Part shown: positions 41,481 to 57,793 of the stretch, in pieces | Layout: each line of letters opens with the position of its first letter | Position numbering within the stretch: position 1 is the stretch's first letter | From: the human T2T-CHM13v2.0 reference genome, Homo sapiens | Length of the DNA: 64,000 nucleotides | Direction: 5' to 3' (one strand) | Assembly: GCF_009914755.1 (NCBI RefSeq) | Contig: NC_060933.1 | Made by a program: the position numbers and the translations under genes | The notes under the pieces: model-generated | The model's database searches: none | What the model was told of the DNA's origin: nothing | What the model saw: the letters and a program-made list of their open reading frames with translations, nothing else

Positions 41481-42891
41481 ACGGCCCACCTTTATTATTA
41501 AAAAAAACTTATTATAAAGAAAACATTATAGTTTTGCTCCTGTCCAGATTTTTACAGCTACTTTAAAAATCAAACTCAGTCTTAATACAAAAGGAAAGAT
41601 TGACTGAGGAATTTTCTTAGTAGCATTGCCATTAATATTGGGCAACTCTATTTGATTCCAATAGATAAATAATTTGTAATGCCCACATTTTTCACAGTCA
41701 GTTTGGCTGAAATCAGCTTTTGTTCTATCCTGTTTTTCTAGCTAAATTGGGATTTCTATAATTATTAACTGAACTACTCTCCTGGCAGTTATCTCACCTC
41801 TATAATTAAACAGAGGAATTGGCTCAGCAAAATGCCAGGTTTTAATCTGACCCAAAAAATAACATCAACTTCCAAATCATCATCAAAGAGGCTGAGCTCA
41901 CACTGATGAGTTTCTCTTAGAATGCACCTCTCAATCACTTTGTTTCCAAAGTGGAAATTTAAAAGGAACGAGAATAATAATGAAGCTATACTGGCCTTCC
42001 TTTTGGAAATTAAGCCAAAAAGACTGGTCTTTCTTAGAACGATAGTGATACCAAATTAAGAATTAGGTTAGTGGAGGGTTTTAGTTACTTCACTGGCACA
42101 AATAAAGAGAAACTGTTCAGGGTATTTAAAAACGTATTTGATCTATTAGAGAAAGATACCCTTGAAGACTTTTAGTAGCTGGCAAAAACAACAAAAAATT
42201 GAAGAAAAAATAGTTTATGCCAGACAAAGTTTGTATTTACATAATTTAATTGTAATTTTATAGCAATCTCTTTTCAAAATGAGCTGGAAAAAACTTTTAG
42301 CCAATCTCCAACTATTCCCATTAGAATTTAATTGTCAAGTAGAATGTGGGCTCCAGGACTCTCCTCACTGTTCTCAGATTAATTGCTTAAGACTAGCTCA
42401 GTGCCTAAAAAACAGGAAAATGTTCAATGAATACCATTGGATGAATGAATATTCCATTAGTGCTTAACAAAATCTTCTAAAGGCTTCTATGTCAATCTCC
42501 TCGCCATCCAATTGAGACAAAGTATAAAGAAAGACTAGAACTGTTTCACCAAATGGAATGTTCCTATTGCCTAAGCATCATAATTTTGATTATAAAATAG
42601 GCTGTTATGAAAAAGTTTTTCCAAAAGAGAAGCAGTTCTTAAGATGGATAAAGCATGTCTGTTTTGTCCTGAGGACATTAATGTCATTTTTAAAGAAGTT
42701 CATTAGAGCACTATAAATAATTTAGACTGAAGTTGTATATTTTGAACCACAGATAACTTTCTTGAATTTAAGAAGGCAGGAAACATGAAATTACACAAAA
42801 TTTTGAAAAATAATTTTTTACTTCTCAGAATATCTGCAATTAAATGTTCACAATATATTCAGAGAAGCAGATATATAATTGTTACAAGTAT

Positions 42892-43020
42892 GAAAAAAAG
42901 GAAAAAAATCAATATCTTGAATAGTTTTGTGCACATTTACCTATTCCACTCTTTGAATGTCTAGAATTTGCTCGGAAGAGGTTTACAGTAAATTATTATT
43001 ATTTTTTTAATTCAGTAAAA
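42892..43020. repeat. Dispersed direct repeat, copy 2
   Basis: Shares 'aaaatcaatatcttgaatag.tttgtgcaca...tagaatttgctc.gaaga.gttta.a.taaattattatt...tcagtaaaa' with copy 1. Confidence 0.9.
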
Positions 43021-43203
43021 TTTCTCATTAAAGTATAACTATAGGCTCTAAACTAAGACTTGCGAAAGCTAAAATTTCAGCTAAACTGTTTACTGAAAAA
43101 TTTACTTATTCTTTTAAAGCACCAGTTTTCTATCTGTAACACTGGAATAATACTAAAGGTATATAACACTTACGTGTATTCCAGCATAAAAAGACTTCCA
43201 TGA

Positions 43204-43520
<317 letters not shown>

Positions 43521-43699
43521 TTACTACTAAATAAAAAGGCACATCACAGAACATTTAATATTTATTTGAAAACTCATACCTATGCATTAACAAAAGGGCC
43601 TGGAAGCACTCATACACCAAAATGTTAGTTTTAATTATATCTGGGATATCAGAGAACAGAAATGAAGGGAGAGGTAAGCACACTTTATATGTTTTTGTA

Positions 43700-43989
43700 T
43701 TTTTCTTCTTTTCAGACAGGGTCTCACTCTGTCACCCTGAGTGCAGTGGTACAATCATGGCTCACGGCAGCCTCAGCCTCCTAGGTTCAAGTGATACTCC
43801 CACCTCAGCCTCATAAGTAGCTGGAACCACAGGTGCACACCACTATGTTCGGCTAATTTTTACATTTTTTGTAGAGATGAGGTTTCACTCTGTTGCTCAG
43901 GCTGGTCTTGAATTCCTGGGCTCAAGCATTACTCCTACCTCAGTTTCTCAAAGTGCTGGGATTACAAGGAACAGACACTGCACCTGGCC
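43700..43989 (-). mobile_element. AluJ
   Basis: Diverged reverse dimer. Confidence 0.85.
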
Positions 43990-44034
43990 TGTATTTTTGT
44001 TTTTGCAATGTGTTCTTGGTAAAAGAAAAAAAAG

Positions 44035-44432
44035 TATATATATTTATATAATATATATTATATATGTAATAATATATATTTATATAATATATATTATATA
44101 TGTAATAATATATATTTAATATATATTATATATGTAATAATATATATTTATATAATATATATTATATATGTAATAATATATATTTATATAATATATATTA
44201 TATATGTAATAATATATATTTATATACAAATATATATTATATATGTAATATATTTATATACAAATATATATTATATGTAATATATTTATATACAAATATA
44301 TATTATATGTAATAATATATATTTATATACAAATATGTTATATGTAATAATATATATTTATATATACATATATCATATATTATATATGTAATTATATATA
44401 ATATATAATCTATTATATTATATGTATTATAT
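44035..44432. repeat. AT-rich minisatellite, ~36-bp unit (tatatatttatataatatatattatatatgtaataa)
   Basis: About 5 near-perfect units, then variant units containing 'tacaaa'. Confidence 0.95.
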
Positions 44433-44464
44433 AACAGACTTATATAAAATATAAGTCTGTTTTA

Positions 44465-45142
44465 AGATGCTGGCGAGGTTGTGGGGAAAAAAAGGCTTAT
44501 GTACTGTTGGTGGGAGTTTAAATTAGATCAGCCATTGTGGAAGACAACGTATCGATTCCTCAAAGACCTAAAGACAGAAATACCATTTGACCCAGCAATC
44601 CCATTACTGGGTATATACCCAAAGGAATATAAATCATTCTATTATGAAGACATTTGCATGTGTATGTTCATTGCGATAGTATTCACAATAGCAAAGACAT
44701 GGAATCAACCTAAATGCCCATCAATGACAGACTGGATAAAGAAAACGTGGTACATGTACAGCATGGAATACTATGCAGCCATAGAAAAGAATGAGATCAT
44801 GTCCTTTGCAGGGACATGGATGGTGCTGGAGGCCATTATCCTTCGCAAACTAACACGGGAACAGAACCCCAAATATCACACGTGCTCACTTACAAGTGGG
44901 AGCTAAATGATGAGAACACACGGACACATAGAGGGAAAGAACACTCACTGGGGCCTCTCAGATGGTGGAGGGTGAGAGAAGGGGAAGGATCAGGAAAAAT
45001 AACTAATGAGCATGAGGCTTAATACTTGGGTGATGAAAAAATCTGTACAATAACCCTCATGACACAAGTTTACCTATATAGCAAACCTGCACTTGTACTC
45101 CTGAACTTAAAAGTTTTTTAAGAAAAGAGAAAAAAGAAAAGA
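44465..45142 (+). mobile_element. 5'-truncated L1PA (PA13-16-like)
   Basis: ORF2 C-terminus (CWWE...IPFDPAIPLLGIYP...WNQPKCPS) and 3'UTR; TSD 'aagt(c/t)tgtttta' at 44453-44464 and 45143-45154. Confidence 0.92.
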
Positions 45143-48100
45143 AAGTTTGTTTTATGGGATTGTTTTGGGGATTAAATAAGATAATAACAACAAGCTTTAA
45201 ACTAGCACATCAGTAAGAAACAAATACTAAATTCTATAAATAACAATTGTTTCTTGATTCAGTTTATGTTTTGTTATTCTATATTCACATAATCACATAT
45301 GTCACAAATTAATGAAAATTGCCATATAATGACAACATATACAATTAAGCCACTGTGAATCTGCAATGTTTTGGCAGAACTTCATATTGTATCCACAGGA
45401 AACAAAGTGATGAATGAATAAAGAGATATGTCATATCAAGTAAATTGGGATATATTTGTCTCTCACGAAACTCTCATTTTCTTCCACCACACTAGTATCC
45501 ACTTCAGCACATTAGGACAAGTTATGATCGGTCTAATTCTGCTCAGATGTATGAAGAACTTGAAACTATGATAAAAAAGTAAAATGTGCAAGGAGAAAAT
45601 GTTGCATATTAAAATAAATATTTTTTCAAATTTAAAAAAGAAAAATTTGTATTTACAGAGGACATTTTATAAAGCTACCTAATTGCAAAGTAAACACTAT
45701 CAGTAACAAGCATTATAATCTTTTCAACACCATCGCTTTTAGAGGCACTAGATGGTACTCATGGGACATGAGTGAGTTAATTTGCTTCCTATGTGTGTGA
45801 AACTACAGGGAAATAATTCAGGAAGTTGGAGATACCTGTTATAGAAAGCGTTTCTTTAGTTTTTGCCTTTCCTTTTACCTCTCTTATTTCCTTGCTAATC
45901 ACAGTGTCTAAGAATATGTGGTCTTATTATTAAGAAAGGTATCTTTTGGCCTATGAGTTGCTGAACTCATTTTTGTATCAAAAACTGCTATCTTGTACAG
46001 CTTATCAGAAATGCTGACGTTCACCCTTCCTCAGGTCTTATTTGAATTGTCAGTGCTGACATAATTTTAATGCACACACACTGGGATATGTGTAGCTAAT
46101 ACAAATGTATGTCTTTGGCATAAATAATATTCATCGTTGAATTTTCCTCTGTGATGTTTTTACAACCAACAACCCTTCCACTAGGCAGATCATCACAAAT
46201 TGGGACTTTCAATGAATCATCTGGTAATAAAGAAGTATGTGCTTTGCAGATTGAGCCCTCTTCCATGTGACATCAACAGCTTCAACATAAATTACCCATT
46301 ACAGGTTTATTTGTCATGAACTGCAGCCAAAATACCATGATGGTAAAGCTACCTCCTGCATCTTAAACTCCCCATCAAAAAATGTTTTTATGGTTTTTGA
46401 GTTAAAGCTTTGCCTTCAACAGCTATTTTTCTTGAGCATCAGTTACAAGCTTTACTGAAATTGAATGGTTAGAGAGGATTAGCAATGCCAAGTTTCTCAA
46501 TCGTGGCTTATTTGGCAGCTGGTAACCATATAAGGAGAAAATACGAAGATAAAAATGAATATAAAAATGAATATATAAAATATAGTAGTCTTGTAATTTA
46601 TTTAATGCTCACACCTCTTTCAGAGAAGGATTTTATTATGGTCCCACTTCACAGTTTCACAAATAGAAAACCTAAACTTAGAGATATTACTTAAGATGTC
46701 CAGCATCCCACAGCCAATGAGTGAGGGAGGCAGTAGTAAACCCCAGCTTTTAACCAACATGTTTTTCAATTCTATATACAAAGTTTATATATGATTTTGT
46801 GCAAGGCATTTTCAGTGTTGTAGGGCCAATAGATGGACACGACACAGGACATGCCCTCATGTTGCTCAAAGTACAACAGAGAAAACAGACGGATATTTAC
46901 TTACCTATAGTCAGGGTTAGAACATGACAATTTCTAAGACAAGGAGTAGACACCATGCATTGGGAGGACAGATATATGATTGACAAATTCTGACTCTGGG
47001 GATGTAAGAAGGCCTCATAAAAAAGGTAATAAGAACATTTCATGTAGATACATTCAATTTTTATAAAATCAGAGGAATAAGTGGAGCAGAGAAACTATTT
47101 GTGGAATGTCAAGGTGTTGTATGTGGTTGGTAATAAGATAAATTCATTAATTTCTTAACCCTGTTAGATAATTACTGATATTATATCTGTCTTACATATA
47201 AAAAAATTATCAATGATTTACCTCAGAACTTAAAACTAGTAAATGCTAGGGCTAAGGTTGGAGCACAGATGGTCTGACGCCAAAGCCAATGTGTTTTCCT
47301 CTACCTCACGAGTTGCAAACAGCCCAAAAGATACTAAGAGCACAGAAAGATACTGAGTGAAGCATGCTGCATGTTAGACAATCAGGAATATTGAATCCTG
47401 TGGCAAACTACTGAGTACATGCCCTATTCAAAGCATTCAAATACAAATTATGTAAGACCAAAAAAAAGCATATGAGAGCCAAATTCAACCCATAGTTTTT
47501 CATATCATAGCATTTGCATACTACAATTTTTCTTTAGGGCTTCAAACCATGTTAAGTCAGTGACTGAATTAATTAATATTTGGGGAAATCTAAATTAAGA
47601 AAAACAATTCTTAGATTAAAAAGCATTATAAAAACTGCTGGTGTTAAAATATTAGAATCAGACTCTTCTAAAGTGTAATATACTTCAAAAAGATTATGCT
47701 TTTTATAGACAAATAAGTACGTAAATACAGAAGAATGAAAAGACCATATGGGAGAAAATACCTGAAACTCTACCCCACAGTACAATTTGAGATGTCATTC
47801 ATTCATTCCTTCCACACATATTCCAGGTGCTGTGCTAGAGGTTAGGAAATATAATGTGAAGCATAAATAGACACACTGCTTTTATGTAGTTTGCAGTCTA
47901 ATGGTACATGAGGGAGAGGATGGAGAATGACTAGCAAGCTATTTTGGAGCAAAGTCATGGAAGTTTCATGCGAAAGTTTTAAATTGAAAGAGCATAAGCA
48001 ACTTTAGTAACCTAGACATGTGTGGTGTCAGACAACTTCCTGATAAACAAGAAGCTCCCTCCCCTCCACACTCACACCTTACCTCAAATAAGGCTGCTCC

Positions 48101-48599
48101 AGGAGCCTTATTTACTGCAGTCCCTGAAGGAAGCTTCAATCAGCAGGCCTTGGCTGGTAACCAGTAGGGAAGCCCAGCTGCCTGGCCCATAGCAATCCAC
48201 ATCGGGCAGCAATCCACTCTCCATGAGTAAATGCTCGAGACCATCTGTGAATTTAGAAAGAAGAGGCAAAAACAGCATCAGCTTAGCCAAAAGCAAGAGC
48301 ATCCAAAAATGAAAGTGCGACCAATCTGTGCAAAAGAATATTTCACCAGGGATGCAGCATTTCAGTTCCAGGCTGACCTGTAGGTCAGTTCAGTTTAAAT
48401 AAACAAACATTTGCTGAATCGCTCCATGTGCCAGGGACCATAGGAGGGGCTGAAAATTTGGAGATGATAAGATAGATTTCTTGCCCTCCAGCAGCCCACA
48501 GTTTAGTGGTCAAAACAGATGTGTACAGGGTGTTCTTAGAGTGCTCTGCAAAGAGCCAACCTTTGTCCAACTGTAGAGATCTGGTAAGTTTTCCCAAAG

Positions 48600-48758
48600 C
48601 AGTGCTTATCAGACAGATTTGTGCATAGAGGTCACGTGAGAATCTTGTCAATATGAACATTCTTATTCTGTACATCTCAGGTAGGATCTGAGATCCCATA
48701 TTTCTAACAAGTCCTCATGTGATATGGAAGCTGCTGGCCTGAGGGCCACACCCTGAAT
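48600..48758. mobile_element. MER5-family DNA transposon
   Basis: 'cagtgctt...atttctaacaagtcctcatgtgat...gctgctggcctgagggccacac'. Confidence 0.65.
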
Positions 48759-48972
48759 GTCAAAGAGAGCAGAGATCACCATGCCTGACTTTCTTGTGAG
48801 GAGTCAGGCAAAGAAGCTGGGAAAAGCTACTTCAATAAGAAAGTGCTGAGCAAAAGCAAGCACCTGTGAGCCACTAGGATCATGAGAGAGCTGAAAGCAG
48901 TACACTCTTACAAGGGCAGATAAGTAGACAAGAAACAGATGTAAAAATTTGAATTCTATTCTGTAGCTGGAT

Positions 48973-49163
48973 CAGTGGTTCCAAAGATTTGGGTGTAAAA
49001 TATGACCTTGAGATGTTGTTTCTTGATTCAGATCCTGAACTCTGCCCCCACTAGATTCTGATTCTGAGGCCTGTGGTATAGCCTTCTGCATTTTTACACC
49101 ATCCCCTTCTGCCCCCCAGGTTATTAAGCAGGTGGTTGGAAGACCACGCTGTGACAAATATGG
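48973..49163. mobile_element. MER5-family DNA transposon
   Basis: 'cagtggttcc...agattctgattc...ctgcattttta...gaccacgctgtgacaaa'. Confidence 0.6.
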
Positions 49164-49598
49164 CGCAATTGTAGGCAGGGTGGAAGGGGTTTATCCAGAG
49201 AAATGAGATTTGCTTTTGAGAAAGTCACTGTGGAGCTGTTGATTTTACGTGGAAAAGCTAAGAAATATAGAACTAGTTAAGAGCCTGTTAAAATTATGTA
49301 ATCAAGTGATGAGACAAGTCTGAAATAGACCATTCAGAGAGCACAGGCTTAAGAAAAATGTAGTGGATGGAAATGTCAGGATTTTCTAGCTGATTAAGTA
49401 TAAGGAGTAAGGGAGTAGGAGGAACCTATGTGACAACCAACTTTCTCTCTAAGGTGATTGACAAGATGGTGAGACCACAAACTGAGATGAAAAAAAAGCA
49501 ATCAAGAGGTGCCTTGGGTGGCAATGATGATACATTTCAGTTTGGGAGAGCTGGCTTTTAGGTTTCAGAGAGTAAATGTGCAGCAGGCAATTGGCTAC

Positions 49599-51880
49599 TG
49601 TATTCGTCCATTTTCACACTGCTGACAAAGACATACCCAAGACTGGGCAATTTACAAAAGAAAGAAGTTTAATTGAACTAACAGTTCCACGTGGCTGGGG
49701 AGGCCTCACAATTATGGCAGAAGGTAAGAAGGAGCAAGTCACACCTAATGTGGATGGCAGCAGGTGAAGAGAGCTTGTGCGAAAAACTCATTTTAAAAAC
49801 CATCAGATCTTGTGAGACTCATTCACTATCAGGAGAACAACCCAGGAAAGACCCACCCTCCATTATTCAATCACCTCCCACCAGGTTCCTCCCATGGGAC
49901 ATGAGAATTGTGGGAGTTACAATTCAAGATGAGATTTGGGTGAAGACACAGCCAAACCATATTAACCCACCCCTAGCACCTCCCCTCCCAAATCACATGT
50001 CCTCGTATTTCCAAACAAATCATGCCTTCCCAATAGTCCGCCAAAGTCTTAACTCATTTCAGCATTAACTCAAAAGTCCACAATCCAAAGTCTCATCTGA
50101 GATAAGGCAAGTTCCTCCCACCTATGAGCCTGTAAAATCAAAAGCAAGTTAGTTACTTCCTAGATACAAAGGGAGTACAGGCATTGGGTAAAGACAGCCA
50201 TTCCAAATGGGAGAAATTGGCTGAAACAAAGGGGCTACAGGCCCTGTGCAAGTCTGAAAACCAGCAGGACAGTCAAATCTTAAAGCTCCAAAATGATCTT
50301 CTTTGACTCCATGTCTCACATCCAGGTCACACTGATGCAAGAGATGGGTTGCCATGGTCTTGGGCAGCTCTGCCCCTGAGGCTTTGCAGAGTACAGTCTC
50401 CCTCCTGGCTGCTTTCACAGGCTGGCCTTAAGTGTCTGTGGCTTTTCCAAGTGCACAGTACAAGGTGTCAGTGGATCTACCATTCTGGACTCTGAAGGAC
50501 AGTGACCCTCTTCTCATGATTCCACTAGGTGACGCCCCACTAGGGACTCTGTGTGGGAGCCCCAACCCCACATTTCCCTTCCCCACTGTCCCAGCAGAGG
50601 TTCTCCATGAGGGCCCCACCCCTGCAGCAAACTTCTGCCTGGGCAGTCAGGCATTTCCATACATCTTCTGAAACCTAGGTGAGGGTTCCCAAACCTCAGT
50701 TCTTGACTTTTATGCACCCACAGGCTCAATACCACATGGAAACTGCCAAGGCTTGGGGCTTGTACCCACGGCTGGAGTGGCTGGAATGCAGTGCACCAAG
50801 TCCCTAGAATGCATACAGCAGAGGGACTCTGGACCCAGCCCACAAAACCATTTTTTTCCTTCTAAACCTCCTGGCCTGTGATGGGAGGGGTTGCCCTGAA
50901 GACCTCTGATATGCCCTGGAGATATTTTCCCCATTGTCATGGGGATTAACATTCAGCTCCTTGTCAGTTATGCAAATTTCTGCAGTGGCTTGAATTTCTC
51001 CTCAGAAAAACAGGATTTTCTTTTCTATCACATTATTAGGCTGCAAATTTTCCAAACATTTATGCTCTGCTTCCTTTATAAAACTGAATGCCTTTAACAG
51101 CACCCAAGTCACCTCTTGAATGCTTTGCTGTTTAGATATTTCTTCTGCCAGATGCTCTAAATCATTTTTCGCAAGTTCAAAGTTCCACGAATCTCTAGGG
51201 CAGGGGCAAAATGTCACCAGCCTCTTTGCTAAAACATAACAAGAGTCACCTTTGCTCCAGTTCCCAACAAATTCCTCATTTTCATATGAGATCACCTCAG
51301 CCTGGACTGTACTTTATTGTCCACATTGCTATCAGCATTTTGGGAAAAACCATTCAACAAGCTTCTAGGAAGTTCCAAACCCTCTCACATTTTTCTGTCT
51401 TCTTCTGAGCCCTTCAAACTGTTCCAAACTCTGCCTGTTACACAGTTCCAAAGTCACTTCCACATTTTCGAGTATGTTTTCAGCAGTGCCCCACTCTACT
51501 GGTACCAATTTACTGTATTAGTCCATTTTTACACTGCTGATAAAGACATACCTGAGACTGGGCAATTTACAAAAGAAAGAGGTTTAACTGGGCTCACAGT
51601 TTCACATGGCTGGGGAGGCCTCACAATAATGGCAGAAGGCAAGAAGAAGCAAGTCACATTTTACATGGATGGCAGCAGACAAAGAGAGCTTCTGTAGAAA
51701 AACTCCCATTGTTAAAACTATCAGATCTCATGAGACTCATTCACTATCATGAGAACAGCTCAGGAAAGACCCACCCCATAATTCAGTCACCTCCCACAGG
51801 GTTCCTCCCATGACACATAGGAATTGTGGAAGTTACAATTCAAGATGAGATTTGGGTGGGGACATGGCCAAACAATATCA
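49599..51880 (-). mobile_element. Full-length MaLR THE1B-like element (LTR 49599-49964, internal, LTR 51514-51880) inserted in L2-like sequence
   Basis: LTRs 'tgtatt.gtccatttt.acactgctga.aaagacatacc..agactgggcaatttacaaaagaaag'; THE1-int between them; imperfect TSD gctac/gctgt. Confidence 0.92.
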
Positions 51881-52170
51881 GCTGTATAAGACAGGTAACC
51901 AGGAGTAAAAATTAGGGATGGAGATCTCAGGGAAAGGAAGAAATACAATTTGCCTAAGGTTACCTGCCTCCCACATCCCCATCTGCAGGCTATGACAAAA
52001 ATGACACTGGTAGCATTTACGGCTCTCAGTATTATACTTAGTCCCTTTTGAAAAGAAACTCTTCTATGATTATCATTCACAAATTGCCTAAAGTAAACTA
52101 AAGTAAAAGTTTTAATAGAAACCTTTGAAGAGAGGCCTCTGGGAACTCATGATAAAAAAGATGCTACATC

Positions 52171-52493
<323 letters not shown>

Positions 52494-53479
52494 TCACAAA
52501 GGAATCACCATTTAAAGCATTATCTTCTTACACAAAGGTTAGACAACTATTAATGGGTCCAGACCCCTAGCTAGTGTGTGGCTTATCCTAAAAACATTTT
52601 TTTTTTTTTTTCAGAACTGAAGGTTGGGGAAGAGACGCCAATATATGCAACCCAATGATCATCTGGCAGAAATGTATCAATATAAGCTCCATGCCAGCAC
52701 ATCCATTTATTTAATTAAGCTAATATAGAGTAACCAATTCAAACACTGCCCACTGCCATAAATCAATCATGACTTTTGGTTGAGAAGATAATTTTGTTAA
52801 TAATGAGTTTTATTTTTCTTCTCAAAGTGAAATCCAGAATTTTATTAAATATTATTAGGAAGCATAGATTGTACCTATTATAATACAATTTTTGGTCTGC
52901 CTAAAGATATACTTTTACATTAAAATTTTCTGGATGAAGTCATCTCAAAGAATATTCCACTTTGTTGAATAAAAGGAAAAAAGTTTTAAGTTGATTTCTC
53001 ACTTGCCTTCTTTAGTCTTTGCCATATACAAATTTGAACCCTATGAGTAGTTCATCAGTACCAATTTCATACCCTCTGTCCAACACTGGGGGAGTATTTG
53101 CATAAACCAAGCTACTCCCATATGGTGGAATAGTATGCCGATGTTAAAAATAATGCTGAATAACATGGGAAAATATATATGACATTATTTTCAGTTAAAA
53201 AAGAGAAAAATACAAAGTTTTATAAAGAGAAATGTCTGCAATGCATTTTAAAAGTAACAAAAGATGTGAACAGAATACTAAAATGTTATCAAAGTTGATT
53301 TCTTGGTGATGGAATTACAGGATTGGGTTTTTTCCCCTTGTTTCCTTCAGTTTCTCTATTTTTCTCAAGTAAATTTAATTTTATAATCCTAAAATGTAAA
53401 ACACCACAAATAAAAAACCTCAGTCCTTCTGTTCATATTTATTTTCTTCATGACTCTGTTCTGGGTAGTTCTCTGAAGG

Positions 53480-53725
53480 GCTAGACACTGTACAGTCAAA
53501 TAGGTAACCAGCAGAAGAGGGGGTCACAGCAGACAACTAGACAGGTTTCTGGGCCAAAGCAGGCCCAGGGGTGGTTAGCAAGGAATGAGGTTTAAGGAAT
53601 CATTTCTGTTCTCCCATCCTGTATATGGCCTAGAACTCAGATTTCAAGGTAACTCTGGCACCCATTGGCCAAGAGGGGAGCTATTCAGTTGGTTGGAAGG
53701 CTTAGAATTTCATTTTAATTTCTCA
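53480..53725 (-). mobile_element. ERV1 LTR fragment (MER34/MER39-group-like)
   Basis: 'tggccaagaggggagctattcagttggttggaaggcttagaatttcatttt' resembles the reverse complement of this LTR group's 5' end. Confidence 0.5.
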
Positions 53726-54685
53726 CTTCTTTATGTCAAAATGTGTCACTTCCAAGAAGAAAATATGCAAATTATCTAAATATGAAAGATATGTTTAAAG
53801 CACTTTTACCACTGAACAATGATATTCTGCTTAGGAATTAATGAAACTGTGATCTTTGTAAGAATTTCAGAACCAATTTGTTCTATCTTTAAGAACAATT
53901 CTATTTGGTATAGTTCTTGACAATTTGATTTTCATACTATATTCATGAAGCTCAAGTACATTAGCATAATAGTAGCACTGGGCTTTAAAATATGTAATTT
54001 CACTCTGTCCCATTTAGATTTTCAGGGACTTTGTCTCACTTCTGAGAAACTTTCAAAGACAAAAACAGAAATAGTAAGCCAAGAGTCGTTTTTGAAGAAT
54101 CTGACTGAATTTCAATTTCACAAAGAAAGCAGAAAGTAAATAATACTTGATCTGGACCATCCTTTTCAGGAGGCAACCCAAATAATGGTTCAAAATTTTC
54201 TAATAACACAATGAGGCAACTCAGGATTCCTGCTGTTTTCTTCTTCTCTTCTCCACCTTCATCAAGCAACATAGCTTTTTACATGAATATTAGAGCATCT
54301 GTTTTAGGTACAGAGAAGGAAAAAAGGTGAAAGGGAGTTCACATTGAAAAAAGAGCATAAAAGAGAGAAAAATATTTAAAATAGAAAAGAATAAACAAGG
54401 CTAAAATGTGAAATTAATAAATACCTCTGCATGATAGAAATTGAGATAATAATACAGTAACAAATGGATCCAATTTTTTTCCTATCTACCATGTGTTTAT
54501 ACATATAAATATTTAATTTGCAAGGATCTAGGCTAATTTTTTTTACTTTAAAACATTTTCAAAACTATGGCTTTAAAAATTGCTTCTCACAACATATGAC
54601 AAATAATGAGATACCGGCTTGTATGTGCTGGAAATTCAGTAATTTTATAGCTACATGAAATTTAGAAATTAACTCATCCAATACG

Positions 54686-55103
54686 CTTTTTAGTCTATTC
54701 TCAGACTGCTATAAAGAAATAACTAAAACTGGGTAATTTATAAAGAAAAGATGTTTAATTGGCTCACAGTTCCTCAGGCATATAGGAAGCATAATGCTGG
54801 AACCTGCCCGGCTTCTGAGGAGGCCTCAGGAAACTTACAATCATGGCAGAAGGTGAAGGAGGAACTGGCACTTCAAATGGCCACAGCAGGAGGAAGAGAG
54901 AGTAGAGGTGCTGCACTTTTAAGAAATGAGATCTCACGAGAACTCACTGACTGTTGTGAGGACAGTATCAAGGGGATGGTGCCAAACCATTATGAGGAAC
55001 CCACCCCCATGATGTAATCACCTCCTACCAGGACCCACCTCCAACACTGGGGGTTACAGTTGAACATGAAATTTGGGTGGGGACACATATCCAAACCATG
55101 TCA
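54686..55103 (-). mobile_element. Solo MSTA-like LTR
   Basis: 'ctgctataaagaaata...ggaagcataatgctggaacctgcccggcttctgaggaggcctcaggaaacttacaatcatggc...ccaaaccatgtca'. Confidence 0.88.
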
Positions 55104-55429
55104 ACTCTCTATTAAATGTAAGCTTGTTGAGGCTTGGGTATTCCCCTACTCAAGACCACCCAGGCAGAGGGGAGAGGCTCAGCGATCCAAATATTTTTAT
55201 AAGAATTAATAGTTTTATTTTGCTAGCAGTTGAGCCCATGAAAATTTGGTAATTGCAACTCAAATTACCATTGTTAAACAAAAGTTTCCAAGTGACTGTT
55301 TCTTTGGCTTCTTTTCATTGCAACCTAACAGCACCCCTGAGTCAGAACCTGCTTCCTAAGTCATAACACTCATATAATATTTCATGGCACTGTGAAAGAA
55401 CCTAGGAAACTTGTATAGTAACAACTAAT

Positions 55430-55790
55430 AATAACTAATATATTCTCAATGCTTCCTATGTATAAGATGCATTTCTAAGCACACACACATATTATGCTAT
55501 TTAATCCTCACAGTAATCCTATGGAGTAGGCACTCTTATTATCTCCCATTGTCAAATGAGGAAATTGAGGCCCAGAAAGTCTGTGTGATCTCTCCAAAGT
55601 CAAAAAGCTATACAAGTGTGGATTATTAAAAGTATTTTGTTTGTTTTTCACAACTATAATAGCTTGTTAACATTATTACTTTCACTTTATGGACAAAATA
55701 GAGGACCAAAGGATCAAAATGCTGCTTGAAGATGGCTTAAAGAGTTGGTAGTAAAGCCAGGAATTGAACTGAGCTCTATTCGAATGTTCT
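55430..55790 (-). mobile_element. Two MIR fragments
   Basis: 'ttaatcctcacagtaatcctatggagtagg...aaatgaggaaattgaggcccaga'. Confidence 0.7.
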
Positions 55791-55836
55791 TTTTGTGTGC
55801 TACCTCTGGAAGTCGTCCTTAAAAGAAATCACTTTT

Positions 55837-57793
<1,957 letters not shown>

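Noticed and set aside
44481-44906. 141-aa ORF
   Set aside because: C-terminus of L1 ORF2 in a 5'-truncated copy
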